Shown here in pieces: positions 25,413 to 35,803 of a stretch of 64,000 nucleotides of DNA. A program made the translations under genes and the position numbers. Under the pieces are notes generated by a model that ran no database searches, was not told the DNA's origin, and saw only the letters and a list, made by a program, of their open reading frames with translations. This DNA is from Desulfuromonadales bacterium (GTDB taxonomy: Bacteria > Desulfobacterota > Desulfuromonadia > Desulfuromonadales > JAAYDE01): positions 22,728-86,727 of the forward strand of contig CAXXJQ010000002.1 of NCBI GenBank assembly GCA_963665045.2, read 5' to 3'. Each line of letters begins with the position of its first letter. Position 1 is the stretch's first letter.

Positions 25413-25840
25413 CAGCTTTCAACTCCTCCTGCAAAATCATTTTCATCGGGAAAACCGGGAACAATTTCTTCTTCCAGCCGGTCAATAACTTTCTTCAATT
25501 CATGAATTTTAAGAGGTTTTATGAGATATTCAAAAGCGCCCTTGTTCATGGCATCAATATAGGAATCGAGACCACCAAAAGCAGTCATGAGAATAACGTT
25601 GATTTGAGGATAATCCCTCTTGATCCGCCTGAGGAAGGAAAGTCCGTCCATTTCAGGCATGCGAATATCACTGATTACCAACTGGGGGCTGTTTTCCTGA
25701 AGATATTGCAATCCTTCTTGGCCGTTTGCCACACAATCGACATGGTAACCTTCCCGGCTGAGAAGAGCCTTTAGGCCGAAGCAGGAATTGCCCTCATCGT
25801 CAACGACAAGGATGGATTGAATTTTTTTCACCGTCTTCAC
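25412..25840 (-). CDS. Single-domain (CheY-like) response regulator
   Basis: 142 aa. Motifs ILVVDDE, LVISDIRMPEMDG and YLIKP, with no output domain. Confidence 0.8.
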   Translation of the reverse strand: MKTVKKIQSILVVDDEGNSCFGLKALLSREGYHVDCVANGQEGLQYLQENSPQLVISDIRMPEMDGLSFLRRIKRDYPQINVILMTAFGGLDSYIDAMNKGAFEYLIKPLKIHELKKVIDRLEEEIVPGFPDENDFAGGVES

Positions 25841-25895
25841 TCTCCATTTTTTCCAGAAAGTGTAGCATTCAGCTTGAAGGTGTCAAGAAGAGAGG

Positions 25896-26729
25896 CTAAT
25901 CCATCAGACCACACCATTGTCGAAGCAGACGGGTAACCAGGCACGAAAAATCATCCCGCTTGCGGCAGGCCTGTGCCAAAACTTCATCATGGTGTAGAGG
26001 GCCCTCCCCACGGCCCGCGGCTAAATTGGCAATAAAGGAAAAAGCCGCGACTTCGAAGCCAAGATATTTGGCCATGATAGCTTCGGGGACACCGGACATG
26101 CAGACCGCATCGGCACCCAGGGAGGCCAGCATCCTGATTTCGGCAGGGGTTTCGTAAGAAGGCCCGAGAACTGCGGCGAGAACACCCTCTCGCAAAGAGA
26201 TGCCATGACTTTCAGCGTAATGGCGAAGGGGCGGGAATAAGGTCCTGTCGTACAATCGGGCCAAATCGATAAAGACCCCGGGCCGGCCCCGGAGAGGGTT
26301 GTCGCCCATCAGGTTGAGGTGGTCGTTGACAAACATGAGATGGCCCGGCTTGAGGGTCGGGTTTATCCCTCCGGCTGCGTTGGTAATCAGCAGTCGCCGA
26401 CAGCCGAGAGCCCCGGCAAGACGAACATTAACCGTGGCCTCCCAGGCACTCAGACCTTCGTAGAGATGATGGCGCCCGTAAAACAGGAGCAAACGGCGCC
26501 CCCCCAGGCAACAGAGATCCAGGCGCCCCTCGTGCCCCTGGACGGTTGTTCTCGGCAAAACAGCCAGTTCATCATAAGCAAAACTATGAAAAGTCTCCAG
26601 CTCGCCCGCAGGGAATCCGAGGCCGGAACCGAAAATAACGGCTGTATCGAAAGGCTGGTTCTCCGTACAACGCAACAGTTTCTTGACAGCGGCACTGAAT
26701 TGTTTTTCGGAGTTCACCATATCAGCCAT
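25896..26729 (-). CDS. Purine nucleoside phosphorylase (trimeric PNP/MTAP family)
   Basis: 277 aa. Motifs VIFGSGLG, GRHHLYEG, ITNAAGG and VCMSGVPE. Confidence 0.8.
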   Translation of the reverse strand: MADMVNSEKQFSAAVKKLLRCTENQPFDTAVIFGSGLGFPAGELETFHSFAYDELAVLPRTTVQGHEGRLDLCCLGGRRLLLFYGRHHLYEGLSAWEATVNVRLAGALGCRRLLITNAAGGINPTLKPGHLMFVNDHLNLMGDNPLRGRPGVFIDLARLYDRTLFPPLRHYAESHGISLREGVLAAVLGPSYETPAEIRMLASLGADAVCMSGVPEAIMAKYLGFEVAAFSFIANLAAGRGEGPLHHDEVLAQACRKRDDFSCLVTRLLRQWCGLMD

Positions 26730-27304
26730 GTTTTAACAAACTGCTGCAAAATTTCGGGAGTAAAAGATTTTTTGATGAAATCATTGGCCCCGATCTTTTT
26801 GGCTTCGACGGCATCCTCTTCCTTATGATAGACCCCGCTCATGGCCAACAGACAGGTATTCTTGAGAGAAGGACTGGAACGGACCTCGCGGATAACGGCA
26901 AAACCGTTTTTTTGGGGGAGATGAAGGTCAAGCAGAACCACATCGGGCTCTTGGTTCTTAATGATTTCCAATGCCTCAATGCCATTGGAGGCAATCAGAA
27001 AGTCTGCCCGCAGAGGTTTGAGAATGTCCAGGATCATCTCCCGGAAAAAAAGGGAATCGTCCACCACCAGGATCTTTTTAGCCGGGAGATAATCTGCGGT
27101 GGTAATTTGGGGTCCCAAAAGCGGGGTTGAGGAGGAAGCCACCGGCTGCGGCTCTGTTTTCTTCATATCTATGGGTTTGCACCGCTTTGAAAGCTTTTCA
27201 AAAGGGCATGAACAAGCCGGACATTCAACTCGCAGCATTTTCTGCGAAAGTTTCCAGTCATCAACTTCGTACCGAGTACGACACTTAGGGCACTGAACCT
27301 CCAT
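26714..27304 (-). CDS. Response regulator with an N-terminal MJ0042-type zinc ribbon
   Basis: VQCPKCRTRYEV...VECPACSCPF, then a linker, then REC (ILVVDDS, VLLDLHLPQKNG, DFIKKSF). Confidence 0.75.
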   Translation of the reverse strand: MEVQCPKCRTRYEVDDWKLSQKMLRVECPACSCPFEKLSKRCKPIDMKKTEPQPVASSSTPLLGPQITTADYLPAKKILVVDDSLFFREMILDILKPLRADFLIASNGIEALEIIKNQEPDVVLLDLHLPQKNGFAVIREVRSSPSLKNTCLLAMSGVYHKEEDAVEAKKIGANDFIKKSFTPEILQQFVKTWLIW

Positions 27305-27389
27305 TCAAATCCCTCTCGAATTTTCAAAAAGGCTTATATGTCAATCGCCGATATCACAGGACAAGTCCCTATCGATTCAAAACCGTACA

Positions 27390-28157
27390 TCACTCATTTT
27401 CAGGAAGGACTTTCATAAGCTCGCCCGCCCGAACGGCTATTTCGCTTTCAGGGGTCAGTAGAATGACTTTTCTGAAAGATTCCCGCGCCTTGTTGAAATC
27501 CTTCGCTTTCATTTGTGTCAGGGCCAGTTGAAAATAGGCCGTTACATAGTTCGGGTTCAGGTCAATCGCTTTTTCGAAATTCTGCTGGGCGAGGGTCACT
27601 TTATCCTGGGCCAGAAACAACTCCCCCAGGCGGAAATAAGCGGGAGCAAAATTCCACTTTTTTTCAAGGGCTTTTTCATAATAAAGCTTGGCCTTCTGGT
27701 AATCCTGCTTTTTAAAGTGGGCAAAGCCGATACCAAGTAGAGCCTTTTCCGGCTGGTCGAAAAGGATGTTGTTGCTTGCCTCCTCGAAATATCTGATGGC
27801 TTTGTCCCATTCCCTCATATCCAGATAAAGCGTTGCCAGATTGCTGGCAATTCGAGGCTCTTTCGGATCGATTTTCAAAGCCTTCAAATAATATTTTTCT
27901 GCTTCCGGATAAGCCTGCTTCAGCTGATAGGCCAAAGCGATTCCTTCCTGAATATCCAGCCGCCGGGCATCGAATTCTTCTGCTGTAAGAAACTCTTTAA
28001 GAGCATGAGTAAAGTTCTGCTCTTTCAGGTAGGAAATACCCAGCATGTAATGGGCCTCAGCCTCCTTGGTCTTGTCAACCTGTTGGACTGGGGCACAGGA
28101 AACCGCCAAAAAGGAGAAAGTCAAAATCAAGGACACAAGCAAAGACAGCTTTTTCAT
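27390..28157 (-). CDS. TPR-repeat lipoprotein (PilW/PilF-like)
   Basis: Lipobox LAVSC after the signal peptide, followed by about 6 TPR units (AEAHYMLGISYL..., AYFRLGELFL...). Confidence 0.65.
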   Translation of the reverse strand: MKKLSLLVSLILTFSFLAVSCAPVQQVDKTKEAEAHYMLGISYLKEQNFTHALKEFLTAEEFDARRLDIQEGIALAYQLKQAYPEAEKYYLKALKIDPKEPRIASNLATLYLDMREWDKAIRYFEEASNNILFDQPEKALLGIGFAHFKKQDYQKAKLYYEKALEKKWNFAPAYFRLGELFLAQDKVTLAQQNFEKAIDLNPNYVTAYFQLALTQMKAKDFNKARESFRKVILLTPESEIAVRAGELMKVLPENE

Positions 28158-28175
28158 AAATCCCTTACAACCTTT

Positions 28176-28757
28176 CTAAAATGAAGCCAGAAGGCGGCCC
28201 ACTTTTTGGCAAAGTTTCAACCTTTGAGTCCGGCATTTTTCATAGGGAGTCAACTCCAGCACCTCGGAATCAGACACTCCGTCTTCCTCCTCTCCCGACA
28301 TTTTCTGTAAAACTTTCGGCGGTACGGAATCGGAACCACCCGATTTTTTCTTTTTCCGCGCTTCCTTTGGTCGTGGAACCAAGCCCTTTTTCAGAGGGAA
28401 GCTTTCCCATTGTGCCCGGCTATCTTCGACGCCGAAGCTGTGAAGTTCCAGGTCTCCCATCATAAAACCCATGGCTTCAAAAAAGCCTAATCCTTCCTCG
28501 ATGACGGGCCTGGCATCCTGAGGGGTAACACTCCCCTGATCCCAGGTATAAAACCCCAGGATATTTTCCTCTTGCAGATGAAAAGCCACGACAATTTCAC
28601 ATCGGTCCTCTACCTTGTAATAACAGAGAAAACCGGACGCCCGCTGGGATGTGTGACCGGGCAAAGCCACCTGCATATCGTTGGCGGACCGGTAAAGGGA
28701 GATGATGTCTTTGACTTCTATATCCAGCTTTTTAACTTCGGAATTGTAAAGAAACAT
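28176..28757 (-). CDS. Hypothetical protein, 193 aa
   Basis: Coding-like ORF in the operon between the PfkB kinase and the TPR lipoprotein. It has a Lys-rich linker (KEARKKKKSGG). No family recognised. Confidence 0.5.
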   Translation of the reverse strand: MFLYNSEVKKLDIEVKDIISLYRSANDMQVALPGHTSQRASGFLCYYKVEDRCEIVVAFHLQEENILGFYTWDQGSVTPQDARPVIEEGLGFFEAMGFMMGDLELHSFGVEDSRAQWESFPLKKGLVPRPKEARKKKKSGGSDSVPPKVLQKMSGEEEDGVSDSEVLELTPYEKCRTQRLKLCQKVGRLLASF

Positions 28758-28772
28758 CTTGTTTGCGCTCTC

Positions 28773-29678
28773 TCAATCCAGCCCCTGAAACTCCGTTAAC
28801 AGCTTAAACTTGCGAAAACGCTCCTTGATTTCAACGTATTCCAGCACTTTCATCCGTTCCAGGCTGAAGCGCTCCACCGTGAAAGATGCCATTACCGACC
28901 CGAAGATAATGGCCTGGCGGATGTTCTCAGGAGAAAGGTTCCGGGTCGCTGCGAGGTAGCCCATAAAACCGCCGGCAAAGGTGTCTCCAGCCCCGGTGGG
29001 ATCGAATACCTCTTCCAGAGGATAAGCCGGCGCAGCGAAAAGAGCATGCTCGGAAAACATCAGGGCACCATACTCCCCCCGCTTCACGACCAGGGTCTTG
29101 GGACCCATATCGAGAATGATACGCGCAGCCTTGACAAGATTGGCCTCGCCGCCCAGTTGGCGGACCTCGCTTTCATTGATGAGGAGAATATCAACCTTTT
29201 TGAGAAGCTCGACCAAGGCGGGGCGTTCCCGCTCGATCCAGAAGTTCATGGTGTCGCAGGCCACCACTTCAGGCTCGACGATACGGTCGAGAACTTCCAG
29301 CTGCAGATGGGGGTCGATGTTGGCGAGAAAAACGAATTTGGACTTTTCCCAGCCCACGGGAATTTCGGGCCGGAAATTTTCGAAAACATTGAGATGGGTT
29401 TCCAGGGTATGCGCATCGTTGAGATCGTAACCGTACTCACCTTTCCAACGAAAGGTTTGGCCGGGAACTTTGCGGAGACCACCGAGATCGACATTCCGCG
29501 AACGCAGAAAACTTAAATGCTCCTCGGGAAAATCCTCCCCAACGACGGCAACGAGATTAACGTCGGTGAAAAAGGATGCGGAGGTCGAAAAATAAGTGCC
29601 CGAACCACCCAGAACCTCTTCAACCTTGCCAAACGGGGTTTCAACCGAATCGAGAGCCACAGAACCGACAACCAGCAT
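28773..29678 (-). CDS. PfkB-family sugar/nucleoside kinase
   Basis: 301 aa. N-terminal VGSVALDSVETP...GGSG and C-terminal DPTGAGDTFAGGF (PfkB signature 2). Confidence 0.8.
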   Translation of the reverse strand: MLVVGSVALDSVETPFGKVEEVLGGSGTYFSTSASFFTDVNLVAVVGEDFPEEHLSFLRSRNVDLGGLRKVPGQTFRWKGEYGYDLNDAHTLETHLNVFENFRPEIPVGWEKSKFVFLANIDPHLQLEVLDRIVEPEVVACDTMNFWIERERPALVELLKKVDILLINESEVRQLGGEANLVKAARIILDMGPKTLVVKRGEYGALMFSEHALFAAPAYPLEEVFDPTGAGDTFAGGFMGYLAATRNLSPENIRQAIIFGSVMASFTVERFSLERMKVLEYVEIKERFRKFKLLTEFQGLD

Positions 29679-29750
29679 ATCAAACTTCTCCTTCCCTGGA
29701 GCTTAAAGATTCAGAACAGACGTCAATTCTGACCGTCCGGGTTAAAAACC

Positions 29751-30614
29751 TCAGAGGTATTTTCCAATCAAAAGATCGAGATCCGCGCGGGTTTTCCCGG
29801 GGATCAGTTCCGCAGGTGTCATAATCGCGTACTTCAATGCCTCCTTGCATGCACAGGAGCGGCCACTTGCGATTTTCGCAGCGGCAGCAGCAATAATGCG
29901 GCAGGCCATAGCGACATTCTTTTGCAGGGTAGCGATAATCGCTTCCACCGACACATCTTCATGCTCCGCATGCCAGCAGTCGTAGTCGGTTACCATGGCC
30001 AGGGTGGCATAACATATCTCCGCTTCCCTGGCGAGACGGGCTTCCGGCAAGTTGGTCATACCGATGATATCAACACCCCAGCTGCGAAAGATAGTGGATT
30101 CCGCGCGGGTCGAAAAGTTCGGTCCTTCAATGCAGAGGTAGGTCCCTCCCCGGTGGACCACGGCGCCCGCTTCCGATGCCGTCCCGGCCAGTAGTCCGGA
30201 AAGGTCGGAACAGACCGGATCGGCGAACTGGACGTGGCCGACAACCCCGTTGCCGAAAAATGTCGAGGCCCTCTTGCCCGTGGTACGGTCAAAAAATTGA
30301 TCCGGGACAACCATATGACCGGGAGCCAACGTCTCTTTCATGCTCCCCACGGCGGAAACAGAAATGATCCGCTCAACCCCGAGTTTTTTCATGGCATAAA
30401 TATTAGCCCGATAGGGAACCTCGGAAGGCAGCAGGCGATGCCCTCGGCCGTGGCGAGCCAGAAACACCATGCGGGTCTCCCCCAGCAGCCCGGTGTGAAA
30501 AACATCGGAGGGATCGCCAAAGGGGGTCTCGACCCGAAGCTCCTCAACCTGAGTAAGCCCCTCCATGTCGTAAAGACCGCTGCCGCCGATAATCCCCAAA
30601 ATCCGTTGACTCAT
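29751..30614 (-). CDS. mtnP: S-methyl-5'-thioadenosine phosphorylase
   Basis: 287 aa. Motifs GIIGGSGLY, FLARHGRGH, NIYAMKKLGVERIISVSAVGS and IGMTNLPEARLAREAEICYA. Confidence 0.85.
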   Translation of the reverse strand: MSQRILGIIGGSGLYDMEGLTQVEELRVETPFGDPSDVFHTGLLGETRMVFLARHGRGHRLLPSEVPYRANIYAMKKLGVERIISVSAVGSMKETLAPGHMVVPDQFFDRTTGKRASTFFGNGVVGHVQFADPVCSDLSGLLAGTASEAGAVVHRGGTYLCIEGPNFSTRAESTIFRSWGVDIIGMTNLPEARLAREAEICYATLAMVTDYDCWHAEHEDVSVEAIIATLQKNVAMACRIIAAAAAKIASGRSCACKEALKYAIMTPAELIPGKTRADLDLLIGKYL

Positions 30615-30640
30615 CAGTATTTATCTCCTTTTATACCATT

Positions 30641-31729
30641 TCAACTGCCATTGCAAAGCCCTGCCGCAAAGCGTTTTTCCTCCAAGTGCCCATTACCTTC
30701 CTCGCAGCAGCTTCCTTTCAACTGCCCGCAAGCCGCTGAAATATCCCGCCCCCGGCTGGCCCTTCGTACCGCCACCAGCCCATGATCAAGAAGATAAGTC
30801 TGAAAAGCCTCCATGCTTTTTTCACTGGAGGTGCGGAAAGATGTCCCGGGGTGCTCATTAAAAGGGATCAGGTTAACCTTCGCCTTGACCCCATGCAGGA
30901 GCCGCACCAGCCTTTTTGCGTCCGCCAGGGTATCGTTCAGATCTCCGATCAGAATGTACTCGAAAGTGATCCGCTGCCGGGGCTTGAGAGGATAGTCACG
31001 GCAGGCGGCCATGAGTTCCTCAAGAGGGTAGCGGCGGTTGACGGGCATAAGCTGATCGCGAAGTTCATTAGTTGTGGCGTTGAGGGAGATGGCCAGGGAA
31101 GCCGGATAATCATTTCCCATGCGCCGGATTTCGGGGACCAGGCCGCAGGTCGAAACCGTCATCCTTCGGGAGCTGAAATCGAAGCCCTCTTCCATGTGGA
31201 GGATTTGCAGAGCTTTTCCGACATTTTCGAAATTCTGCAGCGGTTCGCCCATGCCCATGAAGACGAGGTTGTTGACCGGATGATCTCTCATCACCTCGCA
31301 GACCTGATTGACGATCTCGGCGGGGGTCAGATTGCGTTTCAGCCCCATTGTCCCCGTCAGGCAGAAGCTGCAGCCCATGGCACAGCCGACCTGGGTCGAC
31401 ACGCACAGGGTGGCACGTTCCTTTTCCATGGGAATGCGCACGGTTTCCACGCTCTCCCCGTCATCCAATTGAAACAGGTACTTGCGGGTGCCGTCCCCGC
31501 TCTCCTCAACCTTCAAAGTAACTAGACGGGAAATCATGGCCGAACTTTCGAGTTCGGCCCGAAGCCCCTTGGAGAGGGTAGTCATGGCGCTGAAATCGGT
31601 GGCGCCATGGCGGTAGATCCACTGCATTATCTGACGGGCTCGAAACCGCTCCTTGCCCCGTCCGGCAAGGAAATCGGTCAGATCCTCAAGGGTCATGTTT
31701 TTGATATCGTGCTTAGCCAAGTTTGCCAC
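30641..31729 (-). CDS. rlmN: 23S rRNA/tRNA (adenine2503-C2)-methyltransferase RlmN (radical SAM)
   Basis: 362 aa. Motifs [38 protein letters not shown] and ISAACGQL. Confidence 0.9.
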   Translation of the reverse strand: MANLAKHDIKNMTLEDLTDFLAGRGKERFRARQIMQWIYRHGATDFSAMTTLSKGLRAELESSAMISRLVTLKVEESGDGTRKYLFQLDDGESVETVRIPMEKERATLCVSTQVGCAMGCSFCLTGTMGLKRNLTPAEIVNQVCEVMRDHPVNNLVFMGMGEPLQNFENVGKALQILHMEEGFDFSSRRMTVSTCGLVPEIRRMGNDYPASLAISLNATTNELRDQLMPVNRRYPLEELMAACRDYPLKPRQRITFEYILIGDLNDTLADAKRLVRLLHGVKAKVNLIPFNEHPGTSFRTSSEKSMEAFQTYLLDHGLVAVRRASRGRDISAACGQLKGSCCEEGNGHLEEKRFAAGLCNGS

Positions 31730-31814
31730 CGGGACCGCTTAGCGGGAAGTCGTTGAATTAATCCTTATTCCGTGAGTTATGAGCGGGCAATAGCGCAAGT
31801 TATTGCATCTGCTT

Positions 31815-31872
31815 AAGTATTTCAAAAATCAGCGACAGACCTGAGGGTGCGCCTCAGATTTTTGAAATACTT
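31815..31872. other. 58-nt nested hairpin in the ndk-rlmN spacer
   Basis: AAGTATTTCAAAAATC...CTGAGG-GTGCG-CCTCAG-ATTTTTGAAATACTT: a 15-16-bp outer stem, a 10-nt internal loop and a 6-bp inner stem. Confidence 0.5.
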
Positions 31873-31930
31873 ATTCAGGCCAAGCACTTACACTCTTCTC
31901 CCGCCCCCAACTTTTGGATGCAGGTTAATT

Positions 31931-31961
31931 AAAAAGCCCTCCGAAATTATATCCGAAGGGC
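31931..31961 (-). terminator. Rho-independent terminator of ndk
   Basis: The minus strand reads GCCCTTCGG-ATATAATTT-CGGAGGGC followed by TTTTT. Confidence 0.6.
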
Positions 31962-32073
31962 CGATTTGGTTCAATTGAATAAAAAATAAGCCAAAACAAT
32001 GGAAAACATTGGCTTTTTTCCTGGGCACAGTGGTTTCCAAAAGCCAGGGGTTGTTGGCCTGTTAAGCTCTTCC

Positions 32074-32487
32074 TCAGAGGAGTTCCAGGCCGGAGAAGAA
32101 GTAGGAAATCTCAAAGGCCGCGGTTTCCGGCGCATCGGAACCATGGGTGGCGTTCTCGCCGATAAAGGTACCGAACTCCTTGCGCAGGGTCCCAGCCTCC
32201 GCTTCTTCCGGGTTGGTCGCGCCCATGACCTTGCGCCAGCGATTGATGGCATCTGCGGCCTCCAAAACCATGACGATGCAGGGACCGCGGCTCATGAATT
32301 CGGTTAATTCGCCGAAAAAGGGGCGTTCCCTATGGACATAGTAAAAACCTTCCGCTTCCTTCCTGCTGAGAAAAAGCTTCTTCATGCCGACAATCTTGAA
32401 GCCTTCCTCATAAATCCTGGCGATAATTTTTCCGGCGTTCCCGGCGGCAAAAGCGTCGGGCTTGATAATGGCAAAAGTCCTTTCCAT
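32074..32487 (-). CDS. ndk: Nucleoside diphosphate kinase
   Basis: 137 aa. [12 protein letters not shown]...NATHGSD is the canonical NDK pattern. Confidence 0.95.
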   Translation of the reverse strand: MERTFAIIKPDAFAAGNAGKIIARIYEEGFKIVGMKKLFLSRKEAEGFYYVHRERPFFGELTEFMSRGPCIVMVLEAADAINRWRKVMGATNPEEAEAGTLRKEFGTFIGENATHGSDAPETAAFEISYFFSGLELL

Positions 32488-32676
32488 GACAACCTCTCTT
32501 TTATAGAAAATCCAGTTATTGAAAAAATCTGACTACGCGTCATCAATCGCCAGGAATCCACAGGCCTCCCCATGGGCTTGGGCCGCACATGGAACAGGCC
32601 TCTGACACCGGGACTGCGGTACAAGGGGTGTTGGACCTAACACTTAACACCCGGCACCTGAAACTGTCGTTATTTA

Positions 32677-33612
32677 TCACCTCGATTTTCCAAAGTCAAG
32701 GTTTTCGGCCGCCCCACTGCTGCCCGCCAAACCAAGCCTGCCGCTCAGATCATCGATGAATTGCCGGGCCGCACGGCCCGAGCGGCCTCCCTGGCGCAGA
32801 CTCCACTGCTCCGCTTCCATCTGTAGTTTCTGGGGAGTGATAAGAAGCCTTGCCTTTTCCGCCATGCGATAGACGATGGCCAGGTAGGTTTTCCGGTCCA
32901 TGGGGTAAAAGCCGAGGCGCATACCGAAGCGGTCGGAAAGAGACAGCTTTTCGGAAACCGCCTCATGAGGGTGAATTTCATTCCCTGAGATATTGTCGTC
33001 CAGGGACTCGGGCATAAGATGACGACGGTTGCTGGTGGCATAAATGAGGACGTTTTCCGGGCGCGCCTCGATCCCACCCTCGAGAACCGCCTTCAATTCG
33101 CGGTAGGAAACTTCCACCTCGTCAAAGGAAAGATCATCACAGAAAAGGACAAAACGGTAAGGAAGACCGCGCAAATGACGAGTGATTTCGTGCAGTTGCC
33201 AAAGATCCTCCTTGCGCACCTCGATGATGCGCAACCCCTGGCCGGGCAAATCCCTGAGCAGACCCTTGATCGCAGAGGATTTGCCACTCCCCCGCTCCCC
33301 CCACAAGAGCACGTTGTTGGCAGAGAAACCTTTGACAAACTGCAGGGTGTTGCGGTTGAGGAGCCCCAGGTTGCGGTCAATGCCAATCAGGTCACGATGA
33401 TCCACGACGTCCGGGTGTTCGACGGGATGAAAATAACCGCTTTGGCCGTTTTTCTGCCAGCGAAAGGCGATAACCTTGTCGATCAGATCGACAAGAGGCA
33501 CGGTCTTCACCATCTGGGAAGAATAAAGGGTTTCAGTCAAATCAAGGAAGCGGTCGAGACGCTTCAGCAGATCGGATGTTTTCAGATGGGAATTTTCTGA
33601 ACTCATAATCAC
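32677..33612 (-). CDS. DUF815-family AAA-type ATP-binding protein
   Basis: 311 aa. Walker A LLWGERGSGKSS, Walker B VLFCDDLSF and YATSNRRHL. Confidence 0.7.
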   Translation of the reverse strand: MIMSSENSHLKTSDLLKRLDRFLDLTETLYSSQMVKTVPLVDLIDKVIAFRWQKNGQSGYFHPVEHPDVVDHRDLIGIDRNLGLLNRNTLQFVKGFSANNVLLWGERGSGKSSAIKGLLRDLPGQGLRIIEVRKEDLWQLHEITRHLRGLPYRFVLFCDDLSFDEVEVSYRELKAVLEGGIEARPENVLIYATSNRRHLMPESLDDNISGNEIHPHEAVSEKLSLSDRFGMRLGFYPMDRKTYLAIVYRMAEKARLLITPQKLQMEAEQWSLRQGGRSGRAARQFIDDLSGRLGLAGSSGAAENLDFGKSR

Positions 33613-33779
33613 TCAAAAAAGGGCAAGGCGAAGCCATTCGGCAAAAAGATGCATAGTACAGGTGGATTAATCCTTAAAAACCGGTTAAATTTACCATGCC
33701 CAAAAGAACAGGAAAAGAGCAAATCGAACCCTCAACTTGAAAGTCGCCGTAACCGTTGAAACCGCGTCAGATTTTGGAC

Positions 33780-34868
33780 ATGTTCGCCGTCACCCAGCCC
33801 GGCCTCGAAAACATCTGCGCTCGGAATTTGGTTGAGTTAGGAATAGAAAACGTCAAACCGCTTGAAGGCGGGATTGAGTTCCAGGGTGGTTTACAGGAAC
33901 TCTATCAGGCCAATCTCTGGCTTCGTGCCGCCAGCCGGATTCTGGTTCGGGTCGGCACTTTTAAATGCCGCGATTTTCCGACCCTCTACAAAAAGGCACT
34001 GCAGATTCCCTGGGGCCGTTTCATTCGCCCCGGAACACGGTTCAGGGTCCAGGCCTCCAGCCATAGTTCACGACTGCTTCACAGCGACCGTATCAGCGAA
34101 ACCATCGAAGCGGCCATCAGCCACAGCCTGGGAATTTCCCAAACAACTTCAAACGGACCGCAACAGACCGTTCTCGCCCGTCTCGACCAAAATCATTGCC
34201 TTCTTTCCGTGGACAGCTCGGGTGATCTGCTCCACCGGCGCGGTTACCGGGAGAGCGCTGTTGCCGCCCCCCTGCGGGAAACCCTGGCCGCAGGCATATT
34301 AGGGATGCTCAATTGGCACGGCGAGATGCCGCTTCTGGACCCCATGTGCGGTTCCGGGACTTTCCCCATCGAGGCCGCCCTGCTGGCAACCAACCGGCCT
34401 CCGGGGGCTCGCCGCAGCTTTGCCTTCATGAACTGGCCCCATTACCGTCCGGGCCTCTGGAACAGCCTTCTGGAGGCGTCCACTCGTCAAATCCGGGGAC
34501 CCGCCAGCTCGATTTTCGCCTCGGACAGAGACCCACGGGCCGTGGAAGCAACCCGTCACAATGCCGGCAACACCCAGGTGGGGGAGGAGATCGATATCCG
34601 CCAAGCCAGCCTCTCTGAGCTGGAAGCACCTGCCGAAACGGGGCTGATCTTGTGCAATCCTCCTTACGGCAAACGCATTTACGAAGAAAATGATCCCATA
34701 ACCTTTTACCGCGAAATGGGGAAAATTTATCGTCGAAATTTTCGCGGCTGGATCCTGGGCCTGGTCTGTCCCCCAGAGCTAGCCAAAGCCACCGGCCTGC
34801 CTCTCGAAAAAATTGCCGGATTCCGCAACGGTGGAATAAAAATTCAGCTTTTCAGGGTGTTATTATGA
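33780..34868 (+). CDS. THUMP-domain class I SAM-dependent RNA methyltransferase (RlmL/UPF0020-like)
   Basis: MFAVTQPGLENI... N-terminus, DPMCGSGTFPIEAA SAM motif and LILCNPPYGKR catalytic motif. The track ORF begins at a TTG at 33756. Confidence 0.75.
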   Translation: MFAVTQPGLENICARNLVELGIENVKPLEGGIEFQGGLQELYQANLWLRAASRILVRVGTFKCRDFPTLYKKALQIPWGRFIRPGTRFRVQASSHSSRLLHSDRISETIEAAISHSLGISQTTSNGPQQTVLARLDQNHCLLSVDSSGDLLHRRGYRESAVAAPLRETLAAGILGMLNWHGEMPLLDPMCGSGTFPIEAALLATNRPPGARRSFAFMNWPHYRPGLWNSLLEASTRQIRGPASSIFASDRDPRAVEATRHNAGNTQVGEEIDIRQASLSELEAPAETGLILCNPPYGKRIYEENDPITFYREMGKIYRRNFRGWILGLVCPPELAKATGLPLEKIAGFRNGGIKIQLFRVLL

Positions 34869-34974
34869 ATTTATTGTTGTATTTTTTACTTATCTGCATT
34901 ATAAAATTAGATCTTTCCTGTTTGGTCAACAGGATTATCAAGTAAAATCGACCTGGAAATGGGGTGAGTTTTTT

Positions 34975-35169
34975 TTGGAAATACATGTCGTCGACAATAA
35001 TGTTGAAAAGGCCATTCGTGTCCTCAAACGTAAGCTTCAGCAGGAGGGGCTGTTTCGCGAGATGAAACAGCGCAAGTTCTACGAAAAACCGAGCGTCAAA
35101 AAGAAACGCAAGGAAAAGGAAGCACAAAGAAGACTGCGTAAAAAAATGCGCATGATGAGACAAGACTGA
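34975..35169 (+). CDS. rpsU: 30S ribosomal protein S21
   Basis: 64 aa from a TTG start. Reads VEKAIRVLKRKLQQEGLFREMKQRKFYEKPSVKKKRKEKEA. Confidence 0.9.
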   Translation: MEIHVVDNNVEKAIRVLKRKLQQEGLFREMKQRKFYEKPSVKKKRKEKEAQRRLRKKMRMMRQD

Positions 35170-35202
35170 TCAGGCCGACTTTACAAGGCCATTGATTTCA
35201 AA

Positions 35203-35231
35203 GGGCCGGTGTTTTCACCGGCCCTTTTTTA
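35203..35231 (+). terminator. Rho-independent terminator of rpsU
   Basis: GGGCCGGTG-TTTT-CACCGGCCC followed by TTTTTT. Confidence 0.75.
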
Positions 35232-35347
35232 TTGCCGCGCAATAACTCAGCTCAATGGATTTATGCCGTCCATTTGGCCCTTGGGCCGGGCGGAGCAAAG
35301 CCCTTCTCAACAGGCTGAAGAGCCACATCCTCGCTCCGGAATTGATT

Positions 35348-35803
35348 TCAAATCCCCAAAGGAAAAATCTCGCCGCGCACCTCCCCATCAACAAAGATCA
35401 GGCGCCCGACCGTCAGCGGACAACGAAAACGTTTGTGCCCGGCGCTGCCGGGGTTCAGGTAAAGCACTTCGTCCCTGGTTTCCACCTCCGGGTTATGAGA
35501 ATGTCCTGAAATGACAACGCTGATTCCAGCCGACCGTGGGTCAAGATCGAGCCAGGCCAAATCGTGCAAAAGGTAGATCAGGCGGCCCTCGATTTCAACG
35601 GCCTCGGTCCATGGCAGGTTCGCAGCCCAGGGCGCCCGGTCGGTATTGCCCCTGACCGCGACCACAGGGGCAATACTTTGTAGTTGGGAGAGAACTTCCT
35701 CACTGCCGATATCGCCGGCATGGAGAATCAGACGGCTGCCCTGCAAAGCATCCAGGGCCTCGGGCCGCATGAGACCGTGGGTGTCAGAAATAACGCCAAT
35801 CAC
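35348..35803 (-). CDS. YfcE/MJ0936-family metallophosphoesterase
   Basis: 151 aa. Motifs VISDTHG, LHAGDIG, VRGNTD and ISGHSH. Confidence 0.8.
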   Translation of the reverse strand: MIGVISDTHGLMRPEALDALQGSRLILHAGDIGSEEVLSQLQSIAPVVAVRGNTDRAPWAANLPWTEAVEIEGRLIYLLHDLAWLDLDPRSAGISVVISGHSHNPEVETRDEVLYLNPGSAGHKRFRCPLTVGRLIFVDGEVRGEIFPLGI

